In this document: positions 53,062-64,000 of the stretch, piece after piece
How positions within the stretch are numbered: position 1 is the first letter of the stretch
Layout: each line of letters opens with the position of its first letter
From: the human T2T-CHM13v2.0 reference genome, Homo sapiens
Reading direction: 5' to 3' (one strand)
Length of the DNA stretch: 64,000 nucleotides
Assembly (NCBI RefSeq): GCF_009914755.1
Contig: NC_060927.1
Program-made: the position numbers and the translations under genes
The notes under the pieces: generated by a model
The model's database searches: none
Seen by the model: only the letters and a program-made list of their open reading frames with translations
Told to the model about the DNA's origin: nothing

Positions 53062-53300
53062 AGGAAGCACAGTGATTAAGATCTTGAACTCTGAGATTTG
53101 AAAGACAATTTTGAAATATAATTTTTCTGTCCCAACCCCACTTTCCTTCCTTAGGAGCTTTGTAAATTTCAAATTACAAATTTTGTAAATCCTTAGTTTC
53201 CTTGCCTATAAAATGAGAATCGTACGGATACCTATCTCACTGAGTGCCAATGAATCATAGTACAGTACCTAGCATACAGTAGGTACTTACTAAAGGTTTG
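53062..53300 (+). mobile_element. MIR
   Basis: ttagtttccttgcctataaaatgagaat...agtacctagcatacagtaggtact. Confidence 0.7.
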
Positions 53301-53988
53301 AAAAACATTAACAATGTTTTAATATGATTAAAAGTATCAAAGGCTCAGGTTTTCAGATTTGTTGCTTTCTATTCATTCAACTTAACATGGACAGTGACAC
53401 ATGTAGGAAACCAGACATATACACATTTGTAAAGTCAAACTACAACTGGAATTATTTTAAATGTAAGGGAGAAGTTGCACAAGGCAGGAGGAAAGGGAAG
53501 CTAGGTGGACATTTTGTTGTCACTTTGTATGTATCACACTAGTACCTTACAACAGTGGAGCATTGACTGTTGTCAACCCTGTACTCACAGTGTCCTTTTC
53601 ACCTCCCTCCCATTACTTGACAGTATTGGGATTCATGCAGGCATTTGCCATATATGTATTTTAGGACATGTTTCCTGGTCGATGATGATGCTTTTAATGT
53701 GAGTTGTTTTGCCCCTGTAAAATTCCATTTTCCAAATGTCAAATTATGCTATATGATACTCTATGTTATCCATCACCTTGATCTGGCTAGAAAAACACCT
53801 GGAGGGTTTTGCAGTCAAGACATTCCACAAGGCAGAGTTGAATGATCCATTTGGGCTAATGACTCTCACTTACGACTTTGAAAAATTTGGCAGAACTGGT
53901 CCCATGATTGTGCCCTGGTGCAAGCAGTCTATCGGTGGCTTTTTAATTGAGTTTCATAGAGTTTGTTTCTGTGCTTGAGAATATATAT

Positions 53989-53989
<1 letters not shown>

Positions 53990-54024
<35 letters not shown>
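53990..54024. repeat. (TG)n microsatellite
   Basis: Read directly. Confidence 0.95.
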
Positions 54025-54027
<3 letters not shown>

Positions 54028-54815
54028 ATGTATATCATATATAGTATCTGCTATCTCATGGAACTCTACATGATGAAGGAATGTCTGTTTATACAGGATT
54101 GATTCAACTTTCCTTCCCTTGCAAAAGAGAGGCCTGCTTGGAATAGGTTCATCGACCTTTAAGCTATATAGTTTTCTTAAAGAATCAAACCCAAAGTATT
54201 CTATTTCAACTATGTTTGGAAAATACTGAGTTAAAGTTACTAAGTCTTCGAATAACCTTTGAACCAGGACTTAAATGGCCAATTCTAGGGATAGGGCAGG
54301 GAAAATGTAGGATGAGCCCAAAACATCTGTGCTTGATAGGAGTTGCTAAAAAATAAAAAAATAGGAGAACGTGGCAGAGTGACAGGGAAATAGTTTTGAA
54401 GGGTCTCCTACTGGGCAAATGTGGGACAATCTGAGCATCAAAATACATAATGTTAGTAATGGAATCTGATATCTGATAATGGATTGAATAAATAGAAACA
54501 AAAATAAACAAGTCCATATGGATGTAAATGAATGAATGAATAAGTGAATAAACTGCAGTGCAGGGAAAGCAATTCCTTACTCTAGAATGCCAGTAATGAA
54601 TATAGAAGGAATGGTGGAGTTAGAAAGTCACCCAAGGATACTAAAGTAGTGAGTCAACATTAAATGAGGAGCAGGATATTTATCTCATGCCAAAGTATCT
54701 CTCTACAAAATACTTTTTAATTATGAAAGGAAAATTAATAACATTATAGTGGAGAAGCCCAATAGATAGCACCTTAGCCACATGATCAAGATAAATACCT
54801 CCAATAGCGGGATAA

Positions 54816-55228
<413 letters not shown>

Positions 55229-55555
55229 TAACTGTTCCGGATGAAGATGGGGTTGGAAGAGGTCAGTGTAAAAAGACAGGACAACTAAATACAAAGTTTG
55301 ATCCTAGATTGAGTTCTGGACTGAGAACCAGAAAATGATCTGTAATGGACTTTATTTGGGCACTTGCCAAAACTTGAAAATGGTCTGTGAATTAGATAAT
55401 AGTATTGTGTTAATGTGAAGTTTGGTAATTCTAATAATTATTCTGTGATTATGTAAGAGAATGTCCTTATTCTTAGAAATTACTCACTTGAGTATTTAGT
55501 GGTAAAGGGGCCTATTATCTCCCATTTGCTCCCAGATGATTGAGGAAAAAAAGTG

Positions 55556-55556
<1 letters not shown>

Positions 55557-55594
<38 letters not shown>
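55557..55594. repeat. (GT)n microsatellite
   Basis: Read directly. Confidence 0.95.
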
Positions 55595-55597
<3 letters not shown>

Positions 55598-55699
55598 CAG
55601 AGAGAGCGCAAAAGAGGTATAGTATAAATAATTGGTGATACTGGGTAAAGGAGATAGGGAACAGTTAATAGATCCCTTTATTGCTGGATTTTCCAGATC

Positions 55700-55716
55700 T
55701 TTTTTTCTTTTTTTCC

Positions 55717-55747
<31 letters not shown>

Positions 55748-56020
55748 TTTTGAGACAGGATCTTGCTCTGTCACTCAGGCTGGAGTGCAGTGGAGCCCTC
55801 AGTAGCCTCAATAGCCTCAACCTCCTGGGCTCGAGCAATCCTCTCACCTCAGTCTCCTGAATAGGTGGGACTACACTCACCACTCCTGGCTAATTTTTTG
55901 TAGAGATGAGGTCTCACTGTGTTGCCCAGGCTGGCCTCAAACTCCTGTTCTCAACCAGTCCTCCCACTTGGACCTCCCATAGTGCTGGGGTTACATGCAT
56001 GAGCCACATTGCACCTGGCC
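55700..56020 (-). mobile_element. AluJ
   Basis: TSD ccagatcttttt; long T-rich tail. Confidence 0.93.
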
Positions 56021-57371
56021 CCAGATCTTTTCTTCAGCTTACGTACACCACGTTTCTTCATAGAAGGATTGCTGTAGAGTGAGCATCACTTAGATTAACA
56101 TTACTAGAAAGAACAGACTTTGGGGAATATTGAACGGAGGGCTCTGGGATCTAGAGCCCAGAATGTTGAAGGGAGGGCTCTGGGCACAGTTCATTTTGAG
56201 GATAAAATTGATGGTAGCTACCCCAAACACCTGCCAAAGGTGTTTTTGGAAAATAGTTTCCAGCCTCTGTCCAAACTTGGACATCACCACCGCTGACAAA
56301 GTATGTTTCAATTCACGCATGTCCAATTCACTCAGCAAAACCTCATCTACTTATTCTTACATTTTAGACACTTCAAATATTACCGTAATTTGTTAGGCTA
56401 CAACTTGAGAAAAATAGTAAGAAAAATAGATATTTCAGACCTGTGCTACTGTCCTTTTTATGAGACATTTTATTATCCAGATGGGTGGAGCTGTGACCCA
56501 AACACATTTTCTAAAAATGTATTTTTTTACCCACTTGTAAATGAAAATGCCCTTGAAGAGGTCTTAAAGTATTTTGTATCACACGCTATTCGGGTGATGC
56601 ATTAAACAATGCTGCTCCTGCACATGGGCTGAAGTATAAGAAAGCCTTCTGTGAACCTACTTAATTTGAGGGCCTGAGTTTTAAAAAGAAAGTGAAGTGT
56701 AATTTTCTGAATACACCTGTGTTAAGTTTCTTTCTTGGGTTAGTAGTATTGTATCCAAAGCAATTCACCTAATATTAAACCATTCTAATCTGTACCTTAT
56801 TGAATGGATTTTTCTCTAAAAATTCATGATGTCTAAAGCTGTCCAAACCGTAAGGCAACACATTTGTAAGAAACTGCCAGAATTGGTGCAAATTTACAGT
56901 CTTAGGAAAAAGAATTACCTTTAAGAAAGAAAACTCTCCAAAAGAAAACTACCCATCCTTCTCCCATGTACTTAGGTATCAGAATTTTCCTAGGAAGTGT
57001 CCTGATTTGGGCTACCTGATTGCCCTCTTCACAGAAGAAATGCCGTTGTATTCTTAGCATTTGAGTTAATTCAGTCATCAGAACTCTGTTTACCTTTGAC
57101 CTATATTTAGCTTTTCCTTCTGGGACTTTATTGTTCACCGTCAAATCTCTAAATCTCTCTGGGGTGTGGTTGTTCAGTCTATTACAGAAAATAGCATCAC
57201 GCCTTTTGGAAAAGTAGGGAAATAGAGGTCATGAAAGAACTAATTATATAGAAGATACTGTTTTCTGTAAGGAGTACCATCATTCTAGATGGTTCAGTGG
57301 AATCACACTCTTACTAGAAATGTTAAGATGTTTGCCAAATGTTAATCTTAAAATATGATGATGATGATGAT

Positions 57372-57673
57372 GACCAGGCGCAGTGGTTCGTGCATGTAAT
57401 CTCAACACGTTGGGAGGCCAGGGTGGGCGGATTGCTTGAGCTCAGTTACTCTAAACCAGCCTGGGCAACATAGTGAGACGCTGCCTCTAAAAATGTATAT
57501 ATATATGTATAAAAACTAGCCCGATATGGTGGTGTATACCCGTAGTCCCAGCTGCTTAGGAGGCTGAGGTGGGAGGATCGCTTGAGTCCAGGAGGTCAAG
57601 GCCGCAGTGAGCCATGATCATGCCATTGCACTCCAGCCTGGGTGACAAAATGAGACCCTATCTTAGAAAAAAA
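57372..57673 (+). mobile_element. AluJo-like inside a (GAT)n tract
   Basis: Dimer with (TA)n-expanded linker; atatg(a/g)tgatgatgatg on both flanks. Confidence 0.93.
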
Positions 57674-57699
57674 TACATATGTATATATGGTGATGATGA

Positions 57700-58257
<558 letters not shown>

Positions 58258-58361
58258 TGTTCTCTGCATCTTTTTAAATGTCAAAATGTGTGCCAGCATT
58301 AAAGTTGTATAATGATTCTGAGTTGACTTACCTGTGTTCTGCTTTTTGAATAAGAAATTCT

Positions 58362-58670
58362 AGTCAGGCCCAGTGGCTCACACTTGTAATCCCAGTGTTT
58401 TGGGAGGCTGAGGCATGCAGACTGCTTGAGGCCAGGAGTTTGAAACCAGCCTGGACAACAAGGCAAAACCCTGTCCTTACAGAAAATACACAAATTAGCT
58501 GGGTATTGTGGCATGCACCTGTAGTCCCAGCTACTCAGGAGGCTGAGGTGGGAGGATCTACTGAGCCTAGGAGATGGAGGCCGCAGTGAGCCGTGGTGGC
58601 TGCCACTGCATTCCAGCCTCGGCCACAGAGTGAGAGTGAGTTTGTTTGTTTGTTTAAAAAAAAAAAAAAC
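58362..58670 (+). mobile_element. AluJ
   Basis: Diverged full dimer. Confidence 0.92.
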
Positions 58671-58939
58671 AAACCATAATGCTAGCCAAATGTAAGAGAA
58701 GATATTTAAGGTTGGGATGAAAGCACATGGATTTTGGATTCTCTCTGATGTGTAATAGTAGGCAAATTATCGTCAAATTTCTGAAGCACTATTTTCTCAT
58801 CTATAGCTGAGTATAGTAATTTCTGCCCTAATTTTTTTTACAGGGCTTGTTAAGAGGATTAAGAAAAATAATGTGTGGGTTAGCTTTTTGCAAAAAGGTG
58901 GTTAACTCCATTAAAATTTTGCTTCTTAATAGGGAAATT

Positions 58940-59525
58940 TCACCATGACCTGGCTATTAGAGGACTAGAAGGCATTGGTTTTACTTATTTTGGGTGGCAT
59001 GAATGCATTGTAGTTATGTGAAAAGATGGGATATATTCTGACATATCTAGGGGTAAAATGACATGATGTCTGGGTTTGTTCTAAAATACGTTAGCAAAGG
59101 GCCGGGTGTGGTGGCTCATGCCTGTAATCCCAGCACTTTGGGAGGCCAAAGCAAGCAGATCACTTTAGGTCAAGAGTTCAAGACCAGCCTGGTCAACATG
59201 GTGAAAGCCCATCTCTACAAAAATACAAAAATTAGCGGGCATGATGGCAGTTGCCTGTAATCCCAGCTATTCGGCTGAGGCAGGAGAATCGCTTGAACCT
59301 GGGAGGCGGAGGTTGTAGTGAGCTGAGATTGAGTCACTGCAGTCCAGCGTGGGCAACAGAGCGAGACCTTATCTCAAAAAAAAAAAAAAAAAAAGTTAGC
59401 AAAGGAAAAATATGAACAGGTGAATAAATTTGGCAAAATCTTATTAGCAACTGGGGAATATACATTTATGGTACTATTCTCTCAACTTTTTATTTATGTT
59501 TGAAAATTTTCCTAATACATTTTTT
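58940..59525 (+). mobile_element. L1ME-type 3' end split by an Alu
   Basis: ggggtaaaatgacatgatgtctggg; tactattctctcaactttttatttatgtttgaaaattttcctaata. Confidence 0.7.
59100..59394 (+). mobile_element. AluSz/Sx
   Basis: Full dimer; TSD gttagcaaagg. Confidence 0.95.
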
Positions 59526-59540
59526 TAATTGTTCTTACAG

Positions 59541-59636
59541 ATGCAGATTTTCTTTTACAATCCAGATGACTTTGACAGCTTTCAAACCGCAATTTCTGAG
59601 AACAGAATAATCGGAGCCATGGCCATATTTTTTCAA
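59541..59636 (+). other. Candidate 96-nt cassette exon, open in phase 0 ([32 protein letters not shown])
   Basis: Branch-like cctaat at 59511, acceptor ttgttcttacag, donor CAA/gtaagt; no recognised protein match. Confidence 0.35.
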
Positions 59637-60734
59637 GTAAGTTAACAGTGGCTGAAGTACTTCAAAGAATTCTTTGAGTATTTTTTTTAATTTGCCGAAT
59701 TGTTCCATGTTTAATGAATGCATCTGTTTTCTAGTTCACACCTGTCCAAATGAAAGATATTTCATATTGTCTAATGTGTGATTTAAAATGTAAATAAGTA
59801 TGTTTAGAAACATAATGAAAATTTTTGCATGAATTACTCTGATTTTATTGCTACTTGACTGGTGCACAGATTGAAGAACACATTTATCATCTAAGTTACT
59901 TCGCCGCTGAAGCATTTTGAACAGGTTCCTTCAGCATATTAAGAGACTGATATAAAAAAAAAGGTGTTTTTTTGAGCAACTTTAAAATTTGACATTACTT
60001 GCAAGTAAGTTAATAAATAGCATCCGTCACTTTTCTAAAGAGACCCCCTCTCTTTCCCTCTCAGAAATCCCCATAGTAACTAAAGTTTTTGTTGCAACTA
60101 TCTCTGTGTTGGTACATTTATGAACTCTTATCCTTCTGTCCTCTCTTTTAATATGATTGTGTTGATGAATGCTCATAACTCAGTGTTGATTCTGCACCTA
60201 GAATCCCAGCATTGCATCCTGTGATAAAATAATGCTGTTCAGGCTTTTTAATAAGTCAAATCAAAGTAGTGTTGATCAGTGAGTGCCTTGACCAACTTGC
60301 CTGTAGGAGACCTTGGTGCTTTTTAGTGTGTAAGGTAGTCTGAGTAGTAGGCATCTGTGGTTTGTCTTTCAATCTTAAAGTTGACCTAGCGACTACATAA
60401 AGGTGTTCATTTCACCAATGAGTCTCTGTTGGAAAATGAAGTCTTTTTGACAACTAAAGGAAAGTTAAAGACATAAGAGCCTTCTCCAACACGTCTTTGA
60501 CATCTGCCTTTTTGAGCAAGTTTGTCATTGAGGTGGAGCCATTCTTGTTTGGAGTATGTTAATTTCACCACCCTTTTCAATGGGTGACACATGAGTGACA
60601 GTTTTCTCCCTTTTAACTACATTTCTCCCTTTTCTCAAGGGAGATAAAGGCTCAAATGAGAGATCAGATGAAAATTTGAAAAGCTTGATATTCTACCTAG
60701 AATAAGAACAATGGTTGCCATTGGTGATTATGGC

Positions 60735-60995
60735 ACTGGTTTTCAAACAGTGGGTTCTATCTTACTGTTGAGCCATGAAATTATTTCAGTAAGTTCTGAT
60801 CAGCATTTTAAAAACAGTGACGTAAAATAATATAGAATAGGAAATAAGTCAGAAAATATCCGTAAAATATAGTAAAGGTAAATGTATTTATAGAATTTGT
60901 TTATGCACAGTAAAGCATACTGGGTGTATGCTGGGTCATGATATAATGTGTATTGCTTACTGTGGGTCGTGGTCAAGTATTTTGGAAGTTGTCTG
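60735..60995 (-). mobile_element. hAT-Charlie MITE (subfamily uncertain)
   Basis: ttttcaaacagtggg...gcttactgtgggtcgtggtcaa. Confidence 0.6.
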
Positions 60996-61074
60996 TTTAT
61001 GCTATGTATTGGTCTAATTTGCCCATTGTTCTCCAACACATCTCTTTTTCCTCATTACTTTTCATGAACACAAT

Positions 61075-61295
61075 AGAGCATAGTGTTTTAAGAGCTTATT
61101 CACTGGAGTCAAGATACTTGCTTTTGAATTCCATGATTTCTGCAGTGTAATGGTAATGTAGTTATTTAAACTTTTCAATCTCAGTATCCTTATCTGTGAA
61201 GTAGAGAGAACAGCTAATACATCATGTAGATTGCAGTGGTAATTAAAGGACTTCCTAGTATGGCTCCTGGAACATAGCGGACACTTGGAAATTCC
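61075..61295 (+). mobile_element. MIR
   Basis: actggagtcaagatac...tctcagtatccttatctgtgaagt. Confidence 0.7.
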
Positions 61296-61439
61296 CAAAT
61301 AGTATGCATCTATAGCCCTCCATGTTTCTGTGGGATGGAGACCCCATGGTATACATATTATCTTTTTATGAACAGAAGTATGTTCTGGACACTGCCCTGT
61401 TGGCAGATGACTTGAGTTCTGTCTGGACCCCTTCGGTTC

Positions 61440-61772
<333 letters not shown>

Positions 61773-62353
61773 TGATTGGTTTGTGTTTGGTAGAACTGGG
61801 ACCACACAAACTGCTCTTAAAACAGTTCCCACATGCCTGGCTAACACCTGGTTTTCTGTCATCGTTCCCTTAGCATGCTGCTTTTCATGCAGCTGGACCT
61901 CTGCTCCTGTGGCCCTGCCGTCAGATGCACCCTCGCTTCCTTCTCTGTCATGCCAACCTGTGCTCAGACCTCCAAGATTCTACTTCATAGGGAACCTTTC
62001 TTAAAAGAAAATTTAAAAAAAACTTTTTAATGTTTTTATGAGTACTGGAAGGACTAGTTTATGGCATGCTCTACCCAAACACTTTCTATTTTTTTCAGCT
62101 CTATAAACTCTTGTTAAATATAAGACCAATTAGAATTTTAGGCAGGCAAGACACATTGGTGTGCAAATCAACAAAATACCTCACTGTGAAATCTAGGTTT
62201 TGAATTTTTAAAGTATTTCGAGGACACCGCTACTAGTTTGCATATAAAGATATTTAATGTACACTTCATTTGTTAGGTCCTTTTCTAAATTTGGCTTGCT
62301 ATCCTAAAGACACAAATTAGAGGTCAGATGATAAAAAATAGAACATAATTAGA

Positions 62354-62726
<373 letters not shown>

Positions 62727-63022
62727 TTATTTATTTATTTAGATACAAATCTCCCTGTTGCCCAGGCGGAAGTGTAGTGGTGCAATTATGGCTCACTACA
62801 GCCTCCAACTCCTGGGTTCAAGGGGATCCTCCTGCAACAGCCTCCTGAGTAGCCGGGACTACAGGTGCAGGCCACCATGTCCGGCTAATTTTCTTATTTT
62901 TTTGTAGAGACAAGGTCTTGCTTTGTGGCCCAGCCTAGTCTGGAACTCCTGGGCTCAAGTGATGCTCCTGCCTCAGCCTTCTAAAGTGCTGGGATTATAG
63001 GCGTCAGCCACTGCGCCCGGCC
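62727..63022 (-). mobile_element. AluJ
   Basis: TSD cctttgtc(c/t)ttctt. Confidence 0.93.
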
Positions 63023-64000
63023 CCTTTGTCTTTCTTGTAAGCACACACGTGCTTATATGCTTGAATTCTCACTATGTCATGCAATGCAAATAAAAAAAAT
63101 TGTTACTTCAATTTGGCATTCTAGTTAGATCTCATTTTTTAATTTTTTTGCTCTCTATAAGAATGATAAATTTGAGAGTTTGATATTTCTTCCCAAAATA
63201 GAGAAATCTTGGTGTATATTTCCAAATTCAAACCTGGCATCTTACATTTTAGTATTGAAGAACGGTTTGTCATCTATTCAACATCTATTCGATGCCAGGA
63301 GTGGTACTAGTTTCTGTGTTAAGCATAATAAACACAATCTTCTCCTGTGCACTAGAACCTCACTGTCATGGTCCCACAAATAACGGCCAAAAAGAGTTGA
63401 ACTCCTCTACTTGTAAAAAGGCTATACTCTGACTTGGTGCTTATAAACCCACATATTCATTATTCAGAGTGACACAAAGAGAATGACCCAAAAGCCCAGG
63501 CCTAGGCAAGGCCAAGTTCTGCAGAGATACCAGTAGTCCAGATGCTGATTTACTTCATGTACTAGAATAATTTTTTTTTACCATTTCAATTTTTCACTAT
63601 CCATGCTTCTTTTTTTGTTCTCAACATGTGCCCATTATTCCTGGTAATTTTGGCTTTCTCTCTGCCTTTGCTGTGCTTAGATATGAAGTTCATAATGTTG
63701 CCCCCCAAAAGCACCAAAATAGGCACAAACCTAGCAGACATCTGGTTGTCCAATGAACCCTTACATTGGCCTAGAGTAGTGGTTACTTGCACTTTGCCCC
63801 ATTGTGGCTCACAGGCATGATTTGTTGAATTTACACAGTGTTTATGATTCTTTTCTTCAGTTAAATATGGAAGGTTTTACACAAAATGTCTTGATGATGT
63901 AGCAGTAATCGAGATGTGTCTAGTGGCTACTTTGGAGGGAGTGTGTGTTCCCATTGCAACAAAATCATCAAGCAGTCTTATTCATGTGTTCACATCAACG

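Overview
Primate (human or great-ape-like) non-coding genomic DNA. It most likely lies inside a very long intron of a + strand gene; the host gene cannot be identified from sequence alone. Repeats seen: about 30 Alu elements and monomers (J, S and one Y), many MIR/L2/old L1 fragments, probable CR1/L3 relics, MaLR/ERVL solo LTRs (MLT1, MLT2, THE1), hAT/Tigger MITEs (MER1, MER2, MER5, MER20, MER30, Tigger3a-like) and microsatellites. Subfamily names come from recalled consensus sequences, not from a search. No ORF in the supplied track looks like a real protein, and I found no RNA gene, CRISPR array or prokaryotic system. I see no evidence of a new multi-gene system. Best leads: (1) a ~205-bp diverged direct repeat bracketing an ancient L2 (giant target-site duplication?); (2) an ultra-short young L1 with a 14-nt inverted ORF2 piece (twin priming); (3) a 96-nt in-frame cassette-exon candidate whose acceptor derives from an L1ME tail; (4) repeat-free, motif-dense enhancer candidates, including a 20-bp perfect double-TCF/LEF palindrome and a CRE+GAS+NFAT cluster; (5) nested insertions with intact TSDs and close inverted Alu pairs.
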